A DNA stretch of 64,000 nucleotides, from the IMG/VR virus record IMGVR_UViG_2935423994_000003, one strand, 5' to 3'. Each line of letters starts with the position of its first letter. Position 1 is the first letter of the stretch. The DNA comes from a virus. Position numbers and translations under genes: made by a program. Below are positions 23,961 through 32,258 of the stretch, in pieces. The notes below the pieces were generated by a model. That model had not been told where the DNA came from. It made no database searches and was given only the letters and a program-made list of their open reading frames with translations.

Positions 23961-25220
23961 ATGCCGAAACGGGTCCGCTTGAGCGAGAAGGTTCTGCGCG
24001 ATGCCATCCCTGCCGAGGGGCGCGATTACCAGATCTTCGACGATAATGTTCGCGGCTTCGCGGCCTGCATTTACCGCGGCGGCGGGCGCGCCTTCACCCT
24101 CGATTATCGCCATGCGGGACGGCAGCGCCGGATGACCTTCGCGCGCTGGCCCGAATGGTCGGTGTCGGCGGCGCGGGATCGCGCGCGGGAATTGCGCCGC
24201 GATGTCGACCTTGGCCGCGATCCGCTGGCTGAGCGCGACCAGAGCCGCGAAGCCCCTCGCGTGCAGGATCTGATCGACCGCTACCTCAAGGAGCATGTGA
24301 CGCGGCTCTCCGACCTGAACGCGGCCGATCAGAAGTCCATGATGACCAAACTGATCGCCCCGCACTGGGGCAAGAAGCTGGTCACCGACATCACCAGGAC
24401 CGATGTCGAAAAGCTGCTGGCGAAGATCGCCGAGGGCAGGGCGCGGCCGCACAAGGCCAGGCCCAACAACCGCGCCCGCAAGCTGCAGGGGCCCAAGCCC
24501 ACGCCGGTGCGCGCCAACCGCGTGGGCGAGGCCCTGCGCAAGATGTTCAACCTCGCCGTCGAGTGGGGCATGTGCAAGGAGAATCCGGCCAGCGGCTTCT
24601 ATCGGCGCGTCGAGAACCCGCGCGAGCGCTTCCTGACCAGAGAGGAGATCGACCGGCTTTCCGCCGCGCTCGATGCCGATCCCGATCAGCGCGCAGCCGG
24701 GATCATCCGCATCTGCATGCTGACCGGCGCGCGCGTCGGCGAGGTGCGCCAGGCGCGGTTCGAACAGTTCAATCTCGAACTCGGCATCTGGTCCAAGCCT
24801 GCCGCCACCACCAAGCAGCGCAAGGTCCACCGCGTCCCGATTTCCGAGGATGTGGCGGCGATCATCCGCCAGCGCCAGCTGCTGGTGCCCAGGGGCAATC
24901 CATGGCTTTTCCCCGGCGATGTGCCCGGTCAGCCCGTCAAGGAAATCCGCCGCTTCTGGCAGCGGATCCAGAAGGCGGCGGGGATCGAGGATGCGCGGAT
25001 CCACGATCTGCGCCATACCTTCGCGTCGCTGCTGGTCAGTGGCGGGGCGTCGCTCGAGATGATCGGCAAGCTGCTGGGCCATACTCAGATGCAGACGACG
25101 CACCGCTACGCCCACCTGCTCGACGCACCGCTGCGCGCCGGGCTCGATGCCGTGGCCAGTGCGGTCCGGCCACGGCTGAAGGTGGTTCACGATCAGGCAC
25201 CGGATCAGAAATCCGCCTGA
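23961..25220 (+). CDS. int: Tyrosine integrase with N-terminal arm-binding domain
   Basis: LTGARVGE, HDLRHTFAS, LLGH, RYAH catalytic motifs; AGGAGG RBS. Confidence 0.95.
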   Translation: MPKRVRLSEKVLRDAIPAEGRDYQIFDDNVRGFAACIYRGGGRAFTLDYRHAGRQRRMTFARWPEWSVSAARDRARELRRDVDLGRDPLAERDQSREAPRVQDLIDRYLKEHVTRLSDLNAADQKSMMTKLIAPHWGKKLVTDITRTDVEKLLAKIAEGRARPHKARPNNRARKLQGPKPTPVRANRVGEALRKMFNLAVEWGMCKENPASGFYRRVENPRERFLTREEIDRLSAALDADPDQRAAGIIRICMLTGARVGEVRQARFEQFNLELGIWSKPAATTKQRKVHRVPISEDVAAIIRQRQLLVPRGNPWLFPGDVPGQPVKEIRRFWQRIQKAAGIEDARIHDLRHTFASLLVSGGASLEMIGKLLGHTQMQTTHRYAHLLDAPLRAGLDAVASAVRPRLKVVHDQAPDQKSA

Positions 25221-25233
25221 TTGGACCGCCGCG

Positions 25234-25839
25234 TCATGCCCTCTCGCTGGTCCTGGTCAACGCGCGCCAGACCGGCGTGATCCGCCGACGGATGGAACGC
25301 TCGTCCGGAACGTCGTTGCCATCGGAATGCGCCACGAACCAGTCCTGCATCTCGGCCACCAGCTCGCCCTGCGAGGCGGGCACACCGCGTTCGTGAATGC
25401 GCAGGGTGAGGGCTTGCAACATGCCCTCCCAATCATAGGGCGAGATAGACCCGGTGCCGCCGCTCACGCGCGTGAACAACTGGTTCTTCTCTTCAAAGCG
25501 CTGGACCTGCTGCCCGGCGATCAGCAGATCGGCGATCGACACCTCGACGCCTTCTGCGGGGGCGGTGATCAGCAGCCAGTCGCTGTCGCTCCTGGTCCGA
25601 ACCCTGTGCACCCGGGTGGTTTGCGGACCCGTCCCGCAGCGGCGAAACATCGGCAGGATGTCGAAGGCCGCGACGATCACCTCGCCCGCGACGATCCTGT
25701 CTCCGCACGTGGCAGGCGGGATCCCGGTCAGAATGTCGAGATTTCCCGTCGCCGACCACCCGGCGATATCGGCGATGGTGCAGCCCCAGCGCGCGGCAAC
25801 TTCGTGGACGGTGTAGAATTCCCTTTGTGGCAGCTTCAT
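25234..25839 (-). CDS. Hypothetical protein with HTH-like N- and C-terminal segments
   Basis: FYTVHEVAARWGCTIADI; YDWEGML...PDERSIRRRI; convergent with int. Confidence 0.6.
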   Translation of the reverse strand: MKLPQREFYTVHEVAARWGCTIADIAGWSATGNLDILTGIPPATCGDRIVAGEVIVAAFDILPMFRRCGTGPQTTRVHRVRTRSDSDWLLITAPAEGVEVSIADLLIAGQQVQRFEEKNQLFTRVSGGTGSISPYDWEGMLQALTLRIHERGVPASQGELVAEMQDWFVAHSDGNDVPDERSIRRRITPVWRALTRTSERA

Positions 25840-26007
25840 GTGCGCTCCATTATTGTCACCGCGCCTCTGACGAGGCCCCGGAGGGCGTGGCGCAAGGTGA
25901 TTGTTGTCATCAAGAGCACGGGCGTTGCGACCATAAGGAGACGAATCGCAAAACGACTCGCGCTCCGGTTTATTCTGCCCTAACACCCCCGTCAGAACCT
26001 GCCGTGG

Positions 26008-26403
26008 ATGAACATCGGGATGGCATTCGAAAAAAGTCTTGATCTGATACGCCTCGCGGTGATGGCGGCAGCCCGCCACAAGGGCGTTAACCTCGTCGAC
26101 GTGGTCGAGGTGCCGCGCGACAAACAAGGTGAGTTCGGCGTCAGCCAGCGCACCGCCCTGCGCATGATCCGGGGCCTGGAGATGGCCTTTCCCGGCGTGG
26201 TCTGGTCGACCGACCGCGAAAGGCGGCGCTGGTGGAAGCTGTGCGGCACGACCTCCTGCGCATGCAGGGTAGGCGTTCTTTCCTGCCCATCGCGGACTGG
26301 GCGCGCCGAAAACCATGTGCGGAAAGCGATTGCAGTCCGAGGATCATTCGCAGCCTCTACATCAACGCCACCTCAACAGTTGAGTGTTGTCAAACGTTTG
26401 TAA
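26008..26403 (+). pseudogene. Truncated HTH-WYL-type regulator remnant
   Basis: FEKSLDLIRLAVMAAARHKGV..FGVSQRTALRM..LEMAFP..RRRWWKL resembles the N-terminal HTH of WYL regulators; sequence degenerates afterwards. Confidence 0.5.
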
Positions 26404-26650
26404 TTGTAGTCGAAAGCAGGCGAATGTTGATGAGTGTCGCCTCGAAATTTTCGTGAAATCAAAGGCTTATCGGCTAAGCTATTGGTTTTGCTAAGCTATT
26501 GGAATCACTAGGGTTTTGGCTCATAACCTGAAGGTCGTAGGTTCAAATCCTACTCCCGCAACCAAAATTTACAGCATTATCAAATACTTAGAACCCTACC
26601 TAAACGGTCGGGTTTTGGCTTGTCCAAAACACATCAACGCCACATCAACG
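26359..26650. other. attP-like junction: arm repeats and IHF sites around the core
   Basis: AC(A/C)TCAAC pairs at 26359/26370 and 26631/26642, inverted copy near 26424; WATCAAN4TTR at 26457-26469 and 26578-26590. Confidence 0.82.
26518..26564 (+). tRNA. 3' fragment of initiator tRNA-Met (att core), not a complete gene
   Basis: GGCTCATAACCTGAAGGTCGTAGGTTCAAATCCTACTCCCGCAACCA: CAT anticodon loop, T-arm, CCA; acceptor 5' strand and D-arm missing. Confidence 0.9.
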
Positions 26651-26768
26651 TTTGAAGAGTCGCGGTGAAAATGTGTTGGATAATCAATCGCCTAGCCAAA
26701 CTCGCCTTTTTGCGGCCACCGATCCTTTGAGTCTGGTCCGGCCGAAATCCTTGTGGCAGCATCACGAC

Positions 26769-27491
26769 ATGATCAACTTCCGCACCCTTCCCGATGACCA
26801 CCCCGACCTCGCGCATTCGCCCCTGTTGCGCGCGGCGCTGCTGACACTGCGCTACGCGCAGGACCACGGTGCCATCGGCTTGACCAAGACCAAGGCGTTC
26901 AAGCGTGTCTTCGTGCATTGGGCGGTCGAGAACTTTGACTGGCCTGGAAAGAGCGCGGAAGAGATGTTCCGGTACAACAAGGTCATCAATGAATACGAGT
27001 TTCCACCGCTCGAGGTGTTGCATTACCTGCTGATCTCCCTTCGCCTTGGGCGGCACTTCAAGGGCGAATTCCGGGTAACGAAACGTGGAACGGAACTGGC
27101 ACAATCCCCGGGGCGTCTGTTCGCAGAACTCATCCCGTTCTTTGTGCTAGAGATCGACCATGCCTCTTACTCCCGATTTGAAGAACGCCCCTTCGGCAAA
27201 TGGGATGTCTGGATGAACGTGATCAACGTCGAGGCGGACCATGGCACCACCGAGCGGGCGCTGTTCGCGGCATTCTATGGAAAGGAACACGACTGGGACA
27301 ACGCTGGATGGCGCGAAATGGCCGCGTTCTCCTCTTGCGTGCTGCGCCCTCTGGAATGGTCCGGACTGCTGGTTCAGACCCGAGAAGAGCGCGAGGGCAA
27401 GCACATCCACCACGTGTTCAAGACACCGCTTTGGCGCAGCGCACTGAAACTGGACACCGATGCCTTGTTGCGGCCTGTGTCCGTAAATTAA
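26769..27491 (+). CDS. Hypothetical accessory protein next to att
   Basis: Long ORF with protein-like composition; start chosen at MINFRTL. Confidence 0.65.
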   Translation: MINFRTLPDDHPDLAHSPLLRAALLTLRYAQDHGAIGLTKTKAFKRVFVHWAVENFDWPGKSAEEMFRYNKVINEYEFPPLEVLHYLLISLRLGRHFKGEFRVTKRGTELAQSPGRLFAELIPFFVLEIDHASYSRFEERPFGKWDVWMNVINVEADHGTTERALFAAFYGKEHDWDNAGWREMAAFSSCVLRPLEWSGLLVQTREEREGKHIHHVFKTPLWRSALKLDTDALLRPVSVN

Positions 27492-28036
27492 ACCGCTGGC
27501 TCACCCGACTTTTTGCCGTCGGTCTGGCCCACGCTCAGCCTTCTCCGAACCGGCCGTTCGCACCGGAAGCAGCGTAGGCCTCGAGACAGCCCCAGAGCGG
27601 ACCCACATGCGGGATGCAGCATGTATCGGGGCATAAACACGCAGGGCGGACAGTGTGAGTTCGCTGCACCTACAGTGGGATCTTGTCCATTTCATGAAAG
27701 CGGTCATTCACGGCTCAGGTTCACCCCCCATGCAGCACCAGGCACCAAGGTCAGCAATGCGCAGGAAGCCGACCCTGCAAAGTTGCAGACCTTGGTCGCC
27801 CATCGAGGCATGACCGGCCCAGATCAGAGTCTCGTCTGGTCTGCGAACGCCGCGCTGAAATACGCCTCAGAAGGCCAAGGATGACCCCGCTGCTTGGCCT
27901 GAAACACCCACAATTGTACGTCTGGGCGAGGCCAAGCGAGGTCCGGAGCGAAGAAATGCTTGACCGCACGGCCCCGTCCGGCGATCTATCCATCAAGTGG
28001 CAGGCCACGTGGGGAATGTCGGCTTCAATGGGTGCC

Positions 28037-29116
28037 ATGATGATTAAATACAAAATGATTACGACTTTTTTAGCACTCACACTCGCGGCAAGTCCGGTGT
28101 CGGCAGTTGATTTACGGATTTTTCGGTCAAACGCGTCCTCAACTGTTGTAATGTCCGGAACCATCGAAACCGGCGATGCGGAAGTCTTCGAAGACTTCTG
28201 GAAGGAGAAGGCTTACGACGCGTTTAGTTTCGTTATTGCAATGGATAGCCCCGGTGGCTCTCTGAGGGATGCTATCAAGATCGGCAGATTCATTCGTGAG
28301 ACTGGAGCAAAAACGGAGATACGCAGGTTCGCCCCGAGTACAGAAGATGAAATCGTGATAGACTGGCCACAGGAACTGCCCGGGGCTGTCTGTTACTCCG
28401 CTTGCGCCCTTGCTTTCATGGGTGGGTATAATCGTGAAATCCAAGAAACTGCGGAAATCGGTTTTCACCAGTTCTCAGGCGGTCAATATTCCGATAGCGA
28501 GGATGCACTAATCGCTGGGCAAGGCGGTTCAGCAATCCTTGCTAACTACCTTCGTGAAATGGGGGCCAAACCAGAACTTTTTGAGATGATGGCCCTCACC
28601 GAACCAAACGAAATGTATGTTCCGACCCCCTTTGAGTTAGTCTCATTAGGCGTCATTCCGAGCACCACCTTCCACGACTTCGAGCTACAGCCTAGAGGTG
28701 GTTTAATCGTGGCTACCGCAACGAACCCTCGAAATATCAGAAGCCTCCAGAGGGTCTACGAGATTGAAACAATGTGCTGGAAGGGTACTCCAATCATCAA
28801 TTTCTATGCACAGAGCAAAGATGATGGATTGAGTTCGGGATATGCAAATCCTGCTACCACCCATATGAAAAGCTTTCAAATTGTAACAGATTTCGGAAGC
28901 GTCAAATATGGGAACGACCGGTTGAGGCTATATGAAGGTTCGCGCATTCTTGCGAGCCTGCTCCTTGAACCGCATGTAGCGAGAGCTGTGGGAAGCGGGA
29001 ACGCAACAGTTACGATAGATAGCTATACTGCTTCCGGGATATTCATGGGAGGCGAGATTACGGCACAGAACGGCGGCGATCCAGCGATTATAGCAAGTTG
29101 GCGAGATTGCATCTGA
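28037..29116 (+). CDS. Predicted exported ClpP/crotonase-fold protein (COG3904-like)
   Basis: Signal peptide MITTFLALTLAASPVSA; DSPGGS, CYSACALAFMGG, IGFHQF motifs; lower GC. Confidence 0.7.
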   Translation: MMIKYKMITTFLALTLAASPVSAVDLRIFRSNASSTVVMSGTIETGDAEVFEDFWKEKAYDAFSFVIAMDSPGGSLRDAIKIGRFIRETGAKTEIRRFAPSTEDEIVIDWPQELPGAVCYSACALAFMGGYNREIQETAEIGFHQFSGGQYSDSEDALIAGQGGSAILANYLREMGAKPELFEMMALTEPNEMYVPTPFELVSLGVIPSTTFHDFELQPRGGLIVATATNPRNIRSLQRVYEIETMCWKGTPIINFYAQSKDDGLSSGYANPATTHMKSFQIVTDFGSVKYGNDRLRLYEGSRILASLLLEPHVARAVGSGNATVTIDSYTASGIFMGGEITAQNGGDPAIIASWRDCI

Positions 29117-29185
29117 TAAACGCTCCGAAATAAGCCTTGGAGGCGGTTGAGAAAGCGTAGGGTGGCTATTCTTACTGACCATCCC

Positions 29186-29211
29186 CGTCATTCCCGCGAA
29201 ACCGGGATTCC
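29186..29211. repeat. Short REP/dRS3-like palindrome
   Basis: CGTCATTCCCGCGAAACCGGGATTCC; single copy in window. Confidence 0.35.
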
Positions 29212-29606
29212 CCCTCCCTCTCCGTCGCCCCCACCCCACGAGGTCTTTCCTTCTTGGCATTTTTTGCATGAGATTATTCGGACCCCGAAACGTCCCCAGC
29301 GTCAGGGGCGAATTAGGGGTATGCAGTGCATCCGCCGTTGACATGAGGGCGGCGCGACGGGCGCGCAGGCAGGTCCTCGCCCTGTGCGTCGGTCGACCTT
29401 CAGCGTATGGTTATGATGCAGCCTCCGCACGAGGTGCACAATTGTGCCCATTTCAGCGCACGACAGCCTGTCGTGCACCGTGCCATCATCATTGCGCAGG
29501 AAATCTCTGCCGCTTTTTGAAACCGTAAACTCATAAACCGGGCCGGGCGTGACGCTGCGGTCGAGGCGTCTGGCGCTTTCCATGCGGCGCATGCCCAACC
29601 CGCCCG

Positions 29607-29855
29607 TTACTTGCACGCGCGCACCTGATCGCGCAGAACGGCATAATCGGCCAGCATGCCGGTCAGGACCGCCCCCTCCGGCAAACCATCGACTTCATCC
29701 GCCGCGCGTCCCAGATCGGCCTGACTATACTCCACCACCGGCGGGCAGACACTTGTCGGGCGATCAAAACCGCCCGTCGCGCAGGCGGTCAGCCAGAGCA
29801 TCGCGATCAGCGGGACGGCGGCTGGCGGCGTCCAGCATCTGGCGTTGGATTTCAT
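29607..29855 (-). CDS. Outer-membrane spanin (Rz1-like lipoprotein)
   Basis: Lipobox LTAC; overlaps the i-spanin 3' end out of frame. Confidence 0.75.
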   Translation of the reverse strand: MKSNARCWTPPAAVPLIAMLWLTACATGGFDRPTSVCPPVVEYSQADLGRAADEVDGLPEGAVLTGMLADYAVLRDQVRACK

Positions 29856-30015
29856 GGGCTTTCTCCGATGTTGAAAGGCGCTCGGCCAGCCGCCCGGCGC
29901 GTTCCCCGGCGCGGCGGAGGTTGAGCAGGAACAGGACGACTGTGAGGGTTGCCAGCATGAGGCCCAGCGCCTTGCGCGCCGGGCCGCTGACGAGGATGGT
30001 GGTCCAACCGATCAT
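29764..30015 (-). CDS. Inner-membrane spanin (Rz-like)
   Basis: N-terminal TM helix plus coiled coil, directly after the endolysin. Confidence 0.7.
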   Translation of the reverse strand: MIGWTTILVSGPARKALGLMLATLTVVLFLLNLRRAGERAGRLAERLSTSEKAHEIQRQMLDAASRRPADRDALADRLRDGRF

Positions 30016-30686
30016 CTCTGGCCCCGTTTCCAGTCGTCGATCCGGGCATGGATGGCGACCGCGATGCCGAGCAGGGCCAGAGCGATGAAGACCCAACGCA
30101 GGGTGTCAAGATAGGGCACCAGCGGCAGGAGGGCGGATTGGGTTTCCGCGAGCACCTCCTGCATCACCTCCACCCCGGCGGCACCGACCGTGGCCACCCC
30201 GGCCGCGCCACTGCCTTTCAGAGTGCGGCTGTCCGCCAGCACCTCGCGGGCAGGGGCGACCTCCGGCACGAAGGGTGTCGCGCGGGGCGGGAAGGGTTCG
30301 CCCCAGCTGCGGGCGGGTCCAAGGTCGATATGCATGAAGCCCGAGCGCGGATAATAGCCGAACCCGAGGAACCCCACCGCCCGCGCCGCCGTTTCAAAAG
30401 CCACCGGATCATGGTTCGACATGGCGATATCAAACGCTGTGCCCTGCATGTGTTTGGAGGCGGGCGCGCCGCCGACGGCGCGGTTATGCGCCGGGCTGCG
30501 ATAGGCCGAGCGGACAATCAGCGGCTTGCCGAGGCGGTTGCGCAGCGATTGCAGCTTGTCCATGGCCTCCGTGTTGATCCTGATCGCGCCCTCCCCGCGC
30601 GACGCGATCTCTGCGGGTGAAAAGCTGGGCCAGCGCCAGTCAGAGTCTGGCACGTCGCGGTAATGGGCATAGGTGGTGGTCGGCAT
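30012..30686 (-). CDS. Endolysin, peptidase M15 family, with C-terminal hydrophobic segments
   Basis: SAYRSPAHN..VGGA..SKHMQGTAFD..FMHID zinc-peptidase motifs. Confidence 0.85.
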   Translation of the reverse strand: MPTTTYAHYRDVPDSDWRWPSFSPAEIASRGEGAIRINTEAMDKLQSLRNRLGKPLIVRSAYRSPAHNRAVGGAPASKHMQGTAFDIAMSNHDPVAFETAARAVGFLGFGYYPRSGFMHIDLGPARSWGEPFPPRATPFVPEVAPAREVLADSRTLKGSGAAGVATVGAAGVEVMQEVLAETQSALLPLVPYLDTLRWVFIALALLGIAVAIHARIDDWKRGQR

Positions 30687-30704
30687 AATGGGTCTCCAGA
30701 CATG

Positions 30705-30729
30705 CAAAACCCGCCTGCAGACGGCGGGT
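30705..30729 (-). terminator. Putative intrinsic terminator between holin-like gene and endolysin
   Basis: ACCCGCC/GGCGGGT stem with TTTT tail on the minus strand. Confidence 0.4.
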
Positions 30730-30762
30730 CGGGTGGGGTGGCTTGGTGATGGGCGCGACCGG

Positions 30763-31068
30763 TCAGTCGGTGCGGCCGCGCTGGAAGGCTTCAAACATCA
30801 GATCCCGCATGGCGCGGATGTCGGTCTCGATCCGCTCCAGCCGGTCGGCATCGCCCTTGCGGTCCTCGGCGCGCTGGCGGTCCACGCGGTCGCGCTCGGC
30901 GGCTAGTTCGCGGTCGAGCCGTGCCAGCATCGCGTCATTGGTGAAGGCGCGGCGCGTGACAGCGGCGAGAAGTGCGATGAAACCGCCGATCAGCGCAGTG
31001 ATGGCGGCGGTGAGGCCATTGTCGCGCAAGGCCGCACCAACCTCTTGCAGGGGCGTTCGTTCTGTCAT
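30763..31068 (-). CDS. Putative holin-like membrane protein
   Basis: One TM segment, charged C-terminus, upstream of the endolysin. Confidence 0.5.
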   Translation of the reverse strand: MTERTPLQEVGAALRDNGLTAAITALIGGFIALLAAVTRRAFTNDAMLARLDRELAAERDRVDRQRAEDRKGDADRLERIETDIRAMRDLMFEAFQRGRTD

Positions 31069-31128
31069 GATGCTGTCCTTTGGTCGGGGGATTGGTGTTG
31101 GTGTGCAACAGTGGTCTGCCGGGGGGCC

Positions 31129-32247
31129 TCAGCCGACCTTGCAGCCCCAGAATGAGGTGTGATTGGCGGCGAAGAAGCCGTCCGCGACCCGGAAATTCCC
31201 CTGCAACTCGACGGTATCGCCTTGCTCAAGCGGCACCATGGTCTGCAGCCAGATCGCGGTGGCGAGCGAGACATGGGTGGCGGAGATCTCACCTAAGGAG
31301 CCGCGGATTTCGGTCGTGCCGTTCAGCACCAGTCGCCCGCGCATGCGGGCCGTGGTGCTGGCGTTGATCTTGTAGAGCAGCGTCGCGCCAAAGAGATAGG
31401 TGCCGGAAGTGGGGGCCACGAAGTGGTTGTTGGCGGCGTCGAATGCGCCCTGATCGTTATAGTCGGTGTTGTTGATGCCGATCTTCGTCCAGGTCCCGAC
31501 GCCCACGTAATTGTCGAAGTTGGTCCAGGCCTTGAAGCGCGGCAGCCGGGGCTGATCGACGATGCCGGTGGTGTTGTCGACGCTCAGGCCATCGAAGAAG
31601 GTGTTGCCATCGGTTGAGACCGCGAGGCGAAACCTGTCCGAGCCGAAGAGGCCGACCAGTGCCTTGGTCACGAAGCCTGTCTGCAGCGTCAGGCCGAGAT
31701 CATCGGCGCTGCTCTCCTTGTTCAGGGTATAGAACAGATCGCCGGTTCCGCCCTCGGCGACGGTTTTTGCCGTCCAGAGCGCGGCGTTCAGCTTGGCCGA
31801 GAACGGATTGGCGGGGTCGGCGGTGGTGCCGAGCCCCAGCAGTGCGAGGTTCTGCAGCGCGGCTGGCGTGCTCCCGACCCAGCCCGCGCCGTCAAAGACC
31901 AGCAGCAGGCGTTCTCCGGGCAAACTCTCCCCCGGAGAGTTTGCTGATCCGTCGAACTCCTCGACCCATGCCCGCCAGCCGGGCCGCGGGGGAAGCTGCA
32001 TCCACGCCCCGTCGACCCAATAGGCGATGCTGTTGTCCCACCCCGCCCAGTCGCCCGTTGCGCCGGAGGCTACGAGGAATCGGTCGCCATCGTTCGGGTC
32101 AGGCGGCGGCGCGGTACGGGCCGCTCCGCGAACCGACAGCTGCACGAGCCCATCGAGCAGCCGCAGCGCCTCGTTATGAGTGACGTGCTTCTGGGCCTGC
32201 GATGCCAGGATGTAAGGCAGCAGGAGATGGGTTGTATTGTCGGACAT
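31129..32247 (-). CDS. DUF2793 tail fibre/receptor-binding protein with C1q/TNF-like C-terminus
   Basis: ASQAQKHVTHNEALRLLD DUF2793 start; FKAW..YNDQGAFD...FVAPTSGTYLF C1q-like pattern. Confidence 0.75.
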   Translation of the reverse strand: MSDNTTHLLLPYILASQAQKHVTHNEALRLLDGLVQLSVRGAARTAPPPDPNDGDRFLVASGATGDWAGWDNSIAYWVDGAWMQLPPRPGWRAWVEEFDGSANSPGESLPGERLLLVFDGAGWVGSTPAALQNLALLGLGTTADPANPFSAKLNAALWTAKTVAEGGTGDLFYTLNKESSADDLGLTLQTGFVTKALVGLFGSDRFRLAVSTDGNTFFDGLSVDNTTGIVDQPRLPRFKAWTNFDNYVGVGTWTKIGINNTDYNDQGAFDAANNHFVAPTSGTYLFGATLLYKINASTTARMRGRLVLNGTTEIRGSLGEISATHVSLATAIWLQTMVPLEQGDTVELQGNFRVADGFFAANHTSFWGCKVG

Positions 32248-32258
32248 GGGAATGGCCT

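Larger units (their letters stand above)
1..26564 (-). mobile_element. Prophage 1 (left end outside window)
   Basis: Contiguous tail, head, terminase, cos, replication and integrase genes ending at the tRNA-fragment att core. Confidence 0.93.

Noticed and set aside
26518-26564. Functional tRNA-Met gene
   Set aside because: Only the anticodon arm to CCA is present; upstream sequence cannot form the D-arm or acceptor 5' strand, so it is an att core.
27500-27880. Coding or structured RNA in the gap after the first moron
   Set aside because: Only short overlapping ORFs of poor composition and no convincing stem pattern.
29302-29616. Small minus-strand gene after the spanins
   Set aside because: No clear RBS or start, and no homolog in the window; cannot be supported.
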